UHGV virus genome: UHGV-0036582 | Reading direction: 5' to 3' (one strand) | Source: a virus | DNA length: 64,000 nucleotides | In this document: piece after piece, positions 28,601-37,825 of the stretch | Numbering within the stretch: the stretch's first letter is position 1 | How the letters are laid out: the number at the start of each line of letters is the position of its first letter | Notes under the pieces: model-generated | The model's database searches: none | What the model was told of the DNA's origin: nothing | The model's input: the letters and a program-made list of their open reading frames with translations, nothing else | Translations under genes and position numbers: made by a program

Positions 28601-29162
28601 TCCGTTTGAGATGAACCCCAAACGTTCGGCTGAGATTAACGTGCTCATGACACGGATGGCGGCTGAAATGGGATTAGGTGATGAACTAATCCGCCCTAGC
28701 ATTGGCATTAAGCCGAAAATCATGATCATTCTGGACAATGCGAACGGCAATGATGCTCGAACCGGTTACTTTATGGAGAACGGATACGACGACTTTAAGG
28801 CCAAGCTATTGACGGCTGGAGATTTACGCATGGGCGATCTCTATGTCACAGGCGTTTGCAAGAAGGTTAAAGACAAAGAAAAAGACTACACCAAAGACGA
28901 GATCGGCCAGTTCACCGACTTTATACGTGAAGAGATCAATCTGGTGCGTCCGACCTATGTGCTGACGTGTGGCAGCCGGGCAACGGCATTGTTTAACAAC
29001 AAAAACAAGCCATCCGATTTGGTCGGCAGGAAGGAGTACCTTCCAGACCTTGACGTTACTGTCTTTTACGGGTTTAACCCCAACATTCTTTACTTCAGAC
29101 CTGAAGAGGGAGAACGACTAGAAGCGATATTAGCCGACGTAGCAGAAACCATTAAGACGTGA
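25644..29162 (+). CDS. dnaE: DNA polymerase III alpha subunit (DnaE-type C-family polymerase)
   Basis: 1172 aa; palm region [38 protein letters not shown]...LPDADLDF closely matches bacterial DnaE; PHP-like N-terminus. Confidence 0.9.
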   Translation: [1172 protein letters not shown]

Positions 29163-29170
29163 TCCCATAA

Positions 29171-29196
29171 ACATGGCCTCTATGGCCATGTTTTCC
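29171..29196 (+). terminator. Hairpin after dnaE, probable terminator
   Basis: aacatggcc / ggccatgtt stem then ttttcc; weak T-tract. Confidence 0.5.
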
Positions 29197-29287
29197 CTTA
29201 TCCCCTCATATCCCCTATCCTCGAACTCCTTGCCTTATCATCACAATGATATAATCAATATAAAATGATAAGTAAAAAGGAAAGCAC

Positions 29288-29719
29288 ATGATCACCGATA
29301 TTTACGAGAAAATAATGTCTGATCTCGAGTTTGACCGAGACAATCTGGAGGAAGTCTGGCGTAGACAACCCCGCCTTTTAATGGAGTATGGCTCAAAACT
29401 CGCTCATGCAGAAAGAAGTGTCGCAGAGGCAAAACTTAACCTTGAAGCTGTTGAAGCAAAGCTATACGACACAGAGCGTAAGAACTTGAGTATGAACGGC
29501 ATTAAGTTCAACGAGTCTGTACTGGACGCTAAGGTTAAAACAAACCCACAGTATCTGTCTAAACGGCAGAAGTTGGATGAAGCACGGCACATCGCAGACA
29601 TATACAAACATGCTGTCGCCGCCTTTTCGCATCGCCGAGACATGATCGTTCAGGCGTCAAAGATGGCCATCGTTGAATTAGAGCGATTAGGCTCTGAACG
29701 CTTTATTACTCCCCGTTGA
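29288..29719 (+). CDS. Hypothetical protein (predicted coiled coil)
   Basis: 143 aa; conserved leader aaaaggaaagcacATG. Confidence 0.45.
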   Translation: MITDIYEKIMSDLEFDRDNLEEVWRRQPRLLMEYGSKLAHAERSVAEAKLNLEAVEAKLYDTERKNLSMNGIKFNESVLDAKVKTNPQYLSKRQKLDEARHIADIYKHAVAAFSHRRDMIVQASKMAIVELERLGSERFITPR

Positions 29720-29836
29720 TTTTTGATAGATAATAAGTAAGTACTGATCTATCATTTAACAGCTCGAAAGAGCCACGAATGAACGAAAGCCCAACGCGCA
29801 TAGCGCCATCGGCCAAATCACAACAAGGAGAAACAC

Positions 29837-30865
29837 ATGTCTAAGACATTACTTGATTTGCTTAACAAAACTCGTGAAGACATTGCCGCCAAACGTGGTA
29901 ACAACGTTGATCTGACTCGCTTAAAAGACGGCGTCAACTATATCCGCATCTTCCCGAATAAAGACGACCCAAACGGTAAGTTCTTCCAGACTTTCGGTAT
30001 GCACTACGTTAAGTATCAGAACGAGGAAGGTAAAGAAGCAACCAACGCTTATATTTGTGAGCAACATACTCACGGTCGCGCTTGTCAGCTATGCGAAATG
30101 GTGATGGAAGGTCGCGCTCGTCACAAGGGTAACAAAGCAATGGAAGAACGCATCGGTCAAATGCGTGCCACTCCTCGCTACCTGGTCAACGGCATTCTTT
30201 CTGCTCGTGAGGATTTCGCAGATGCTGAGAAATGCCAGTTAATCGAGCTGCCGTCTACTGTATTCGATGATATCTGCAAAGCAATCACCGAAGACATCGC
30301 TGATGATATCGGCAATCCACTGAGCAAAGAGGAAGGCTACGCATTCCTGATTAAACGTACTGGCTCTGGTCGCGATACCAAATATGACGTCTCGCCTAAG
30401 CGTAAAGTCTACAAAGGCGATATCGAAGATAAATTCTGGAATACCCAGCATGATCTGATCGCATACGCAAATCAGGCTGATGAAACTCGTCTTCTGTCGA
30501 CAGTTCGCACTATGGGTCGTCTGATTGGCATCGCTGCACCAACTGCCGCAGCATCTGCACCAGCAATTTCCTCAACCGCGAAAACATCGGCTGCGGCACT
30601 ACCTGGATTTGGCTCTGTCACTGGTCATACAGAAGGAGCGACGGCTGTAGCAACCGCGCACACACCGGCTTCTGAACCAACCAGTCTGGTTGATGAAGAA
30701 ATCCTCCGTGCCGTTGAAACTGAATTTAAACCAGAGGCAAGTTCCGCTGCCGTTGCTGTATCAGTCAAAGAGTCTGAAGCAGTCGCAGCGACATCTGTAG
30801 CAACCGCATCTGCGACGGAAGATGAAGGTCTGGATGACCTACTGAGAGAGCTGGACTCTCTGTAA
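29837..30865 (+). CDS. Putative single-stranded DNA-binding protein (gp32-like) with acidic C-terminal tail
   Basis: 342 aa; Cys/His cluster CEQHTHGRACQLCE suggests a Zn site; Ala/Ser/Thr-rich linker; acidic terminus EDEGLDDLLRELDSL as in SSB interaction tails; sits inside the replication block. Confidence 0.5.
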   Translation: MSKTLLDLLNKTREDIAAKRGNNVDLTRLKDGVNYIRIFPNKDDPNGKFFQTFGMHYVKYQNEEGKEATNAYICEQHTHGRACQLCEMVMEGRARHKGNKAMEERIGQMRATPRYLVNGILSAREDFADAEKCQLIELPSTVFDDICKAITEDIADDIGNPLSKEEGYAFLIKRTGSGRDTKYDVSPKRKVYKGDIEDKFWNTQHDLIAYANQADETRLLSTVRTMGRLIGIAAPTAAASAPAISSTAKTSAAALPGFGSVTGHTEGATAVATAHTPASEPTSLVDEEILRAVETEFKPEASSAAVAVSVKESEAVAATSVATASATEDEGLDDLLRELDSL

Positions 30866-30881
30866 TCCCATTACGTGACCA

Positions 30882-30910
30882 GTAAGGCGTCTACGGACGC
30901 CTTACTTTTT
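30882..30910 (+). terminator. Rho-independent terminator
   Basis: gtaaggcgtc-tacg-gacgccttac then ttttt. Confidence 0.75.
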
Positions 30911-30925
30911 GGAAGGAATGTACCG

Positions 30926-31870
30926 GTGAATTATCTCTTCGTAGATGGCAATAGCCTGGGTTATTACCACCAACAATCTGACAAATTGCACAACGGCGAA
31001 ATGGAAGTACAGGCTGCTTTCGGCTTTGTTAAGAACGTCCGTCGTTATGCCTCCATCCTCCATGCCCGACCTATGATTCTTTGGGATGGATTTAGTGACA
31101 AGCGTCGCGACTTTTACCCGGACTACAAAGCAAATCGCGACGACGATCCTGATATGAAAAAGATGAAGGAAGGCTTTGCTATCCAGAAGCCATACATCCT
31201 CAAAATGATGACCGCGCTTGGTGTTAACCAAATCATTGCAAAAGATGCAGAAGCGGATGATCTGGCCGGGCTGCTGGTATCCCGCATGGCACCGCAGCCA
31301 ACCGTTGAACACATCTATCTGTTAACAGGCGATAGCGACTGGCTTCAGTTAGTTCGCGAAAACGTAAGCTGGGTAAGCCTGCGTGAAGACGCCAAAAACA
31401 AGCAGGTTAATTTTGAGCAATTTGCGGAGCTGACAGGATTCGCCACGCCTCGCGCATTTTTGGAAGCAAAAGCATTACAAGGCGATAACTCGGACAACAT
31501 TAGCGGTGTTGGTGGCATTGGTGCTGGCGGTGCGAAAGAGCTGCTGCATGAATGGGGAAGTGTCGCAACGATGGTACGCGGCATCAACGACGGCTCAATC
31601 GTGGTTAATAAAGGGCGTCATAAGACCGCCTTCAACAAACTAGCGAAGAATGCCTTCAACGAGAAAACAGGCTGTCGAATGCTCGAAGCGTTCAAGAGAA
31701 ACATCACCCTAATGAACCTGATTGAGACGAAGTTTCCGCCTACCGAAATCGAAACAATCAAAGGCAATCGTGACGTGAAAGCATTCGAGCAACTGTGCTA
31801 CGAGCTGAATTTCCGTTCGTTCCTTGAAGACCTTGAAGTGTTTGTTCTTCCATTCGAAAGGTATTGCTAA
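30926..31870 (+). CDS. 5'-3' exonuclease / flap endonuclease (RNase H-like, FEN family)
   Basis: Start set at the GTG at 30926 (GGAAGG RBS at 30911-30916) because the ATG at 30875 lies inside the upstream terminator hairpin. Motifs LFVDGNSLGYY and helix-hairpin-helix GDNSDNISGVGGIGAGGAKELL. Confidence 0.8.
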   Translation: MNYLFVDGNSLGYYHQQSDKLHNGEMEVQAAFGFVKNVRRYASILHARPMILWDGFSDKRRDFYPDYKANRDDDPDMKKMKEGFAIQKPYILKMMTALGVNQIIAKDAEADDLAGLLVSRMAPQPTVEHIYLLTGDSDWLQLVRENVSWVSLREDAKNKQVNFEQFAELTGFATPRAFLEAKALQGDNSDNISGVGGIGAGGAKELLHEWGSVATMVRGINDGSIVVNKGRHKTAFNKLAKNAFNEKTGCRMLEAFKRNITLMNLIETKFPPTEIETIKGNRDVKAFEQLCYELNFRSFLEDLEVFVLPFERYC

Positions 31871-32136
31871 TGCTTAAATCGATTATCAATGGCGCTACAA
31901 CCACCCCTGCCCAACTGGCAAAAGAGATTGTCTTTTATCACGGTGAGTACGCTGTCATCGCACTGCCGTCAATTCTAGGCGCTGCCGGAATGAAAGCGAC
32001 AGATCGCGAGTTTGGATTAGTCAGCGAGCAGGTCGTAAAAATCCTCGCTCGTGTATCCAGACTCCTTAACCACGATGCGATTGTATTCGACGAATCCGCC
32101 GCTTTAAAACGAATCAACGAAACAAAAGGAGCCTGA
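31864..32136 (+). CDS. Hypothetical protein
   Basis: 90-aa ORF between the exonuclease and recombinase genes. Confidence 0.4.
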   Translation: MLMLKSIINGATTTPAQLAKEIVFYHGEYAVIALPSILGAAGMKATDREFGLVSEQVVKILARVSRLLNHDAIVFDESAALKRINETKGA

Positions 32137-32138
32137 TC

Positions 32139-33212
32139 ATGGCAAAAGGAAAATCCGCACTGGCACTTGCTCTGAAAAAGAAAATCGGTAGCAACGACGA
32201 AATTCAGAAAGTAACTCATTGGATTGATACAGGCTTTCCACCGTTAAACAAAGCTATTTCTGGTCGTTACGATGGCGGCTTCCCATGTGGTCGTATCGTC
32301 GAAGTATTCGGTCCTCCAAGTGCAGGGAAAACGTTCCTTGCAACAGCAGCGATGATCTCCGCTCAAAAACAAGATGGTCTGGCGGTATTCCTCGATCATG
32401 AAAACAGTTTTGACGTTGGCCTGGCTGTAGCCAATGGCCTGAACGCAGATGAGGATGACGGTCAGTGGGTATACAAGCAGCCTGATACCTTCGAAGACTC
32501 TGTAGAGTTGATCGGCACAATTCTTAAATTGGTACGTGATGAAGAGCTTATTCCTGAATCAGCACCTATCTGTATCGTGGCTGACTCACTTGCGTCTATG
32601 GTTCCGAACTCCAAAGCCGAGAAGTTCGAAAAGATGGCTGAAGGCACTGCCAAAGACAAAGATCAGCTAAACATGAACGACAATACGGCACTGGCTCGTG
32701 CGACAAGTGCGAACTTCCCTACTCTGGCTTTGTGGGCACGCAAATACAACGCCTGCATCATCTTCTTGAATCAGGTTCGCACAAAAATCGGTGTAATGTT
32801 TGGCGACCCTACTACGTCGCCAGGTGGAGATTCACCGAAGTTCTACGCTTCTGTACGTATCCGTCTTGGTGCATCGGTGATGAAGGATGGTAAAGAGAAG
32901 ATCGGCCAGGACGTAGGCGCAGAATGCATCAAAAACAAAGTTGCACCACCGTATGGTAAATGCACCTGGAAATTCTACTTCGATCCTACTCGTGGCCTCG
33001 ACGTTATCGAATCGCTCGTCGAGTACATGCTGGAAGAAGGATACCTGCCAAAGAACGCCAGCGGGCGAGTTGAAATTGGTGACAAGAAATACACCAAATC
33101 GCAGATCGTCGAGATGTATCGGGAGAAGCCACTGGCTGAAATCATTGCGGCTTTGCAGGCAATCGACGACCGAAGAGCAAAAGACAACCCCACCGAGTCA
33201 GTAGAAGAGTAA
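32139..33212 (+). CDS. RecA/UvsX-like recombinase
   Basis: RecA-type P-loop GRIVEVFGPPSAGKTFLA; 357 aa. Confidence 0.8.
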   Translation: MAKGKSALALALKKKIGSNDEIQKVTHWIDTGFPPLNKAISGRYDGGFPCGRIVEVFGPPSAGKTFLATAAMISAQKQDGLAVFLDHENSFDVGLAVANGLNADEDDGQWVYKQPDTFEDSVELIGTILKLVRDEELIPESAPICIVADSLASMVPNSKAEKFEKMAEGTAKDKDQLNMNDNTALARATSANFPTLALWARKYNACIIFLNQVRTKIGVMFGDPTTSPGGDSPKFYASVRIRLGASVMKDGKEKIGQDVGAECIKNKVAPPYGKCTWKFYFDPTRGLDVIESLVEYMLEEGYLPKNASGRVEIGDKKYTKSQIVEMYREKPLAEIIAALQAIDDRRAKDNPTESVEE

Positions 33213-33216
33213 ACAC

Positions 33217-33242
33217 AAGGCGTCCACAGGACGCCTTTTTTA
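33217..33242 (+). terminator. Rho-independent terminator
   Basis: aaggcgtcc-aca-ggacgcctt then tttttt. Confidence 0.8.
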
Positions 33243-33304
33243 TCTCTTGAAAATATATAAGTACTTACTTATTATTTTCGCATAACAACCACATAGGAAA
33301 ACAC

Positions 33305-33505
33305 ATGATCAAAATCTATCTATTGGCAGTAGCCACAGGCCTTTCAGTGGCTCTCATCTACGGTTTACTGGTTCCGTCGCTGATTTCTACCAAGAGTGAT
33401 TTAGCCGTCATGTTTGGAGTTATCGTTGGTTTTGGTGCTCCTGTAATCGGTCTTATTGCTGGTCGTAAGTTTATCAACTCATTAATCAAAGCAAAGGGGA
33501 AATAA
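33305..33505 (+). CDS. Small two-TM membrane protein
   Basis: 66 aa; helices IYLLAVATGLSVALIYGLLV and VMFGVIVGFGAPVIGLIAG; immediately upstream of the SPFH lipoprotein gene. Confidence 0.5.
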   Translation: MIKIYLLAVATGLSVALIYGLLVPSLISTKSDLAVMFGVIVGFGAPVIGLIAGRKFINSLIKAKGK

Positions 33506-33508
33506 GTA

Positions 33509-34339
33509 ATGAAGAAAGGTTTACTTGCAGTTGCTCTGGCGGCTATTTGCACAATGGGTCTTACTGGCTGTGATCGCGTGGAGCCTGGATACGTTGGCAT
33601 CAAAGTAAACAAATTAGGTGAAGACAAAGGGATCGGTGAAGTGGTTGGCGTTGGTCGCCAATGGACAGGTCTTAACACCGAACTTTACGTATTCCCGACC
33701 TTCAAACAAATGAAGACCTACGACGAGCCGTTCACATTCCAGATGAGTGACGGTACTGCTATTGGTCACAAAATTGGCGTTGCGTATCTGGTTAATCGTG
33801 ACAAGGTAACGACGGTGTTCCAGACCTATCGCAAAGGCGTAGACGATATCACCGAATCAGATCTGCGTCAGAAAATTGCCGACTCTCTAAACCGTTTGGC
33901 CAGCCGTATGACCACTGACTCATTTATCGACGGTGGTAAGGCGCAATTGCTGGACAACGCACTGAAAGATATTCAGAAAGAGATGTCTCCGGTTGGTATT
34001 GAGGTACTGAGCCTGTCATGGGTTGGAAAGCCTGATTACCCAAAAACCGTCATTGAATCTATCAACGCCAAAGTAACGGCTAACCAGCGTACTCTGCAAC
34101 GTCAGCAGGAAGTTGAACAGCGTAAAGCTGAGGCGAATATGCTACGTGAACAGGCTAATGGTGAAGCTGATGCTATCCGTGCTCGTGCGCAAGCAGAAGC
34201 CGACGCCATTCGTCTGCGCGGTGAAGCTCTGCGTCAAAACCCGAACGTTATGGAGCTGGAAGCCATCAATAAATGGAATGGCCAGTTACCGCAGTACATG
34301 ACTCAAGGGGCTAACACTCCTTTCATTACAGTGAAATAA
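33509..34339 (+). CDS. SPFH/band-7-like lipoprotein
   Basis: Lipoprotein signal MKKGLLAVALAAICTMGLTGC; central domain followed by a coiled-coil Ala/Glu/Arg/Gln-rich region typical of SPFH proteins. Confidence 0.55.
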   Translation: MKKGLLAVALAAICTMGLTGCDRVEPGYVGIKVNKLGEDKGIGEVVGVGRQWTGLNTELYVFPTFKQMKTYDEPFTFQMSDGTAIGHKIGVAYLVNRDKVTTVFQTYRKGVDDITESDLRQKIADSLNRLASRMTTDSFIDGGKAQLLDNALKDIQKEMSPVGIEVLSLSWVGKPDYPKTVIESINAKVTANQRTLQRQQEVEQRKAEANMLREQANGEADAIRARAQAEADAIRLRGEALRQNPNVMELEAINKWNGQLPQYMTQGANTPFITVK

Positions 34340-34357
34340 CTCTCATTAAGAAGATCA

Positions 34358-34383
34358 GGCGTCCAGTTGGACGCCGTTTTATT
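34358..34383 (+). terminator. Rho-independent terminator
   Basis: ggcgtcc-agtt-ggacgcc then gttttatt. Confidence 0.75.
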
Positions 34384-34434
34384 CTCGTTATTATCACACA
34401 CAAGAAAACAATTTGTTAAAAGGTTAAGTTAATT

Positions 34435-35259
34435 ATGCCCAACCACATTACAAACGAAATCCGAGTCATAGGTGGTACAAATAAACAACGCTTAGATTTC
34501 ATACGTGCCATAACTAACAAAAAAGGTCTAATTGACTTTAATACCATTTGCAGACGTCCGAAAAGTATAGAAATGGAAGAAAACAATCATATCAGGCGCA
34601 TGGCCTCTGCAATGGCGGGCGAAACAGTTTACGACCACATGTTCGGTGAATTAAAGACTCCAGAACAGGTCGAATTAGCTATGCGTGAATCAGGAATGAC
34701 ACGCAAGGAAATTCGCAAAATCAAAGAGCAGGCTCTTATGCGGCTTGAGAATTATCGTCGCTATGGCTATTACTCATGGTTTGACTGGTCGCGAGCTAAT
34801 TGGGGAACAAAATGGAATGCCTACAACATCGAAATGCCCGTAAAACGTATCCCTACACGTATTAAGTACGGCCATAATTTCCGCCATACACACGTTCGAG
34901 CATATGCAAAACGAATCTATAAAAAACGTCTTGCAAGACATGCCGCAACTGGTGGTGAGTTGGTGATTCGCTTTGAAACAGCCTGGTCTATGCCAAAACC
35001 AATTTATCAAGCGATGGCTAGAAAGTTCCCGCACCTTGAGTTTGTAATACGTTATGCAGACGAAGACTTCGGCAATAACTGCGGATTCATTTTACTTCGC
35101 AACGGCAAATGGGAATATGACTACATTGCACCGGCGAATAACAAACAATCGTCAGAAGAAAAAATCAAATGGCGCAAGTTCGCCTTTGAGTTATGTTGTC
35201 CTGGTATCACTCCACAAGAATACGGTCTAAATGAAGAATACGAATACGCCGGATATTAA
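34435..35259 (+). CDS. Hypothetical protein (Trp-rich motif SWFDWSRANWGTKWNA)
   Basis: 274-aa ORF in a slightly AT-richer accessory block; no recognisable motif. Confidence 0.45.
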   Translation: MPNHITNEIRVIGGTNKQRLDFIRAITNKKGLIDFNTICRRPKSIEMEENNHIRRMASAMAGETVYDHMFGELKTPEQVELAMRESGMTRKEIRKIKEQALMRLENYRRYGYYSWFDWSRANWGTKWNAYNIEMPVKRIPTRIKYGHNFRHTHVRAYAKRIYKKRLARHAATGGELVIRFETAWSMPKPIYQAMARKFPHLEFVIRYADEDFGNNCGFILLRNGKWEYDYIAPANNKQSSEEKIKWRKFAFELCCPGITPQEYGLNEEYEYAGY

Positions 35260-35306
35260 AAAAAATTGTCATTTAGCTTTACGCATGAAGCATAGAGGTT
35301 AATAAG

Positions 35307-36047
35307 ATGAAAAGAAAAATTGAAGAACCAAAAACGACTCTTAATAAACATGGGGAAAAAATTCAAACACATCCAGCGTTCGGTCTTGTGAAAACAAGCC
35401 GTGTTAGCACAACTGGCATTCGCCTATTTGATTCAGAACTGGAACATAGAGACTATATTGAAATAGGCGTTTACGAGGCGGAACTGTCCTTAGACAATGA
35501 ACGAACCCGCCCACAAAGAAGTTGCAATAGACGGCCTTTAGTTGAAATTAGACTTAGCCAGGCACAATGGGCTGCTATGGTTAGCAGTTTTGGAGTGGGC
35601 GAAGGTGTGCCATGCACTATTTCATATAAAACCATTGGAGACTCAATTAGAGTTCATGATATTGCCGAGCAAAAAAGTATTCGGCAAAAATTCAACGATC
35701 AAATAAAGGCCGCTACGAATAGTGAGATTGATCGACTTAATCAGCAAGTTTCAGAGCTAGGTGAACTTGTGAAAAAAGGAAGAGCTGGAAAACGTGACCT
35801 TGAAGAACTATATAGAAAACTAGCATCTGCTGTAGCTAACCTTCCTGAAAATCTGTGCTTTGCTACCGAATTAATGCAGGAACAAATGGATGAAATTGTC
35901 TCTTCTGGAAAGGCGGAGATTGAGGCGTATGTTGCGGGCACGGTTATGCGTAAAGGGTTAGCAGCATTAGGCACAGAATCATGCATTAACGATGATCCTA
36001 CTGTCTCTATCACCAAAATGGAAAGCGGTAAAGAATTACTGCCATAA
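35307..36047 (+). CDS. Hypothetical protein
   Basis: 246-aa ORF. Confidence 0.45.
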   Translation: MKRKIEEPKTTLNKHGEKIQTHPAFGLVKTSRVSTTGIRLFDSELEHRDYIEIGVYEAELSLDNERTRPQRSCNRRPLVEIRLSQAQWAAMVSSFGVGEGVPCTISYKTIGDSIRVHDIAEQKSIRQKFNDQIKAATNSEIDRLNQQVSELGELVKKGRAGKRDLEELYRKLASAVANLPENLCFATELMQEQMDEIVSSGKAEIEAYVAGTVMRKGLAALGTESCINDDPTVSITKMESGKELLP

Positions 36048-36114
36048 ATGCATCTGAGGTACTGACAATGCTTTTAATTCAACCTGGGTTCGGTTTAAAG
36101 ATAAAAAAGGGCAT

Positions 36115-36456
36115 ATGTTTGGTGAGCGAGATTCCAAACGAAAAATTCTGTCTATTCGATTACCATTTATCACCATTCATTGGTTAAACAGAGAGTCAAC
36201 CGATTATTGGTATAAATGCGCAAGAGCAGCATTTAACGACCCTGACTGGTTTGTAGAAAATCACCACGCGGTTCGTCAGGCAAAAAGAAAGGCTAATACG
36301 ACATATATGAAGGCATATCAGGATGCCTGGGAAGAACATCGTGGCCGATACCAAAAAAACATTGAAAAACTTGAATCAGAAAATATGGACCTAAGAAGAA
36401 AACTCGGTGAAGCACGTCGAGACATCGAAGCATATAAACGTCTTGTATCGGAGTGA
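36115..36456 (+). CDS. Hypothetical protein with C-terminal coiled coil
   Basis: 113-aa ORF. Confidence 0.4.
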   Translation: MFGERDSKRKILSIRLPFITIHWLNRESTDYWYKCARAAFNDPDWFVENHHAVRQAKRKANTTYMKAYQDAWEEHRGRYQKNIEKLESENMDLRRKLGEARRDIEAYKRLVSE

Positions 36457-36517
36457 ATATATCTTTGCTTTATTTTTTCAAAGGTGATTATTTTCCTATT
36501 TATAAGGAGAAGTAAAC

Positions 36518-36943
36518 ATGGCAGCAATTAAGAAACTCTACGATGCCGCAAACGCGGCTCTGGATGTTATTGATGATGAAGTATCAAAAGGCTTTCCTGA
36601 ACCTGATTGGGCGCATCAGCTACGAAACGCTATCGCAGAAATGACCCCATCAGATCCACCCCCCGACGAGACAAACTGGCAGCGATTCATCCGTATGTAC
36701 GCTCAGGAAATAGGTCCAACGCCAACGGCAGAGCAGGCAATGCTGCTGAAATACTTCAAAGAGGCGGGAGAGGATTTACCAATTGATGACTCAGCATATT
36801 GGTTCCACTGCGCATGGCGTAAGTATGACGTGATATTCACACAAGGCATGGGAAGCAAAGATATGGTTGTGTGGCATCTACTCCATATAGACACAGCCGT
36901 TGACAGAGTTATTGAACAGTTTTTCCCTAACCAAGAAGATTGA
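36518..36943 (+). CDS. Hypothetical protein
   Basis: 141-aa ORF with an RBS-like AAGGAGAAG leader. Confidence 0.45.
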   Translation: MAAIKKLYDAANAALDVIDDEVSKGFPEPDWAHQLRNAIAEMTPSDPPPDETNWQRFIRMYAQEIGPTPTAEQAMLLKYFKEAGEDLPIDDSAYWFHCAWRKYDVIFTQGMGSKDMVVWHLLHIDTAVDRVIEQFFPNQED

Positions 36944-36998
36944 TCGCCTATTCATAACTAACAAAATAAGTAAACACTAACCACAAAAGGAAAAACAC

Positions 36999-37274
36999 AT
37001 GAGAGTTTTAGTTCGAATCGTTACCAGCACTGTCTATGACGTGTTTCCGCTTTTTATGGTCAAAGTCGATGGCCTTAACGATGAAGAAACTGACGCGCTG
37101 ATCCAGCGTATTCTCGTTGAATATACAGGTCATGACGCTGATTCAGTGATGGTTGATGATGATGGTGTTTGTTGGCATAACGGCAACTGTTGGTACGTAG
37201 AAGAGACTCAACAAATCAGTGATGAAGATGCCGCACATCTTGAGCGTATTTTAAGCATCAGCACTTTTGAGTGA
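36999..37274 (+). CDS. Hypothetical protein
   Basis: 91-aa ORF with conserved leader aaaggaaaaacacATG. Confidence 0.45.
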   Translation: MRVLVRIVTSTVYDVFPLFMVKVDGLNDEETDALIQRILVEYTGHDADSVMVDDDGVCWHNGNCWYVEETQQISDEDAAHLERILSISTFE

Positions 37275-37313
37275 GTTTACAGTAAAATTTATATAAGTTA
37301 GTATCTACCTATC

Positions 37314-37493
37314 ATGAAGATTTTTATTGAATACTTGTTACTCATCGTTTCAATAGCTTTTGTCATCGACTGCATTTTCACCGGTGTCATTCGTAAAGTC
37401 TTTTCCCCGGTGAACGACGTAGTCATAAACGCTTTGGCTATCGTGCTCGTATTTAATTCAGCATTTGATGTAATCAAAGAGGTGGCAGCATGA
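37314..37493 (+). CDS. Small hydrophobic (two-TM) protein
   Basis: 59-aa ORF MKIFIEYLLLIVSIAFVIDCIFTGV...; its stop overlaps the next start (ATGA). Confidence 0.3.
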   Translation: MKIFIEYLLLIVSIAFVIDCIFTGVIRKVFSPVNDVVINALAIVLVFNSAFDVIKEVAA

Positions 37494-37825
37494 AGGCCAT
37501 CCCATTCGCGCTGTTGTTCCTTTCTTCGATTGTTGTGGCCGACACCACTGTTTATCAGTGTGAAATGTCTGTAGCCGACGTTAAGAATGGCGCTCTTACC
37601 GACGTCATAAAAGCACCATATGGAGCGATGGTCGTAGACAGCGGCGACCAGTTCTATGTTGTGCGTGACGATCGAGTGTTGTCATCCCCATATCTCACAA
37701 ATCGTAATGGCAAATTAACCGGCGTCGGAGAAGACCACTTCGTATACAACAAATACAAGGGCTTCTATGGCGTTCACGCTTCTCAGCAAAGCTACCTTTT
37801 CGATGACTGCAAGGAGGTTGGGTAA
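37490..37825 (+). CDS. Secreted protein of unknown function
   Basis: Signal peptide MKAIPFALLFLSSIVVA; 111 aa; two Cys in the mature part. Confidence 0.45.
   Translation: MKAIPFALLFLSSIVVADTTVYQCEMSVADVKNGALTDVIKAPYGAMVVDSGDQFYVVRDDRVLSSPYLTNRNGKLTGVGEDHFVYNKYKGFYGVHASQQSYLFDDCKEVG

Noticed and set aside
26136-28750. Multiple antisense and out-of-frame ORFs inside dnaE (for example 26279..26629, 28235..28750)
   Set aside because: Entirely contained within a confidently assigned 1172-aa polymerase gene; no independent evidence.
30875-30925. ATG at 30875 as the start of the 5'-3' exonuclease gene
   Set aside because: That ATG and the first 17 codons lie inside the terminator hairpin of the upstream gene; a GTG at 30926 with a GGAAGG RBS gives an N-terminus that begins directly at the conserved nuclease motif.
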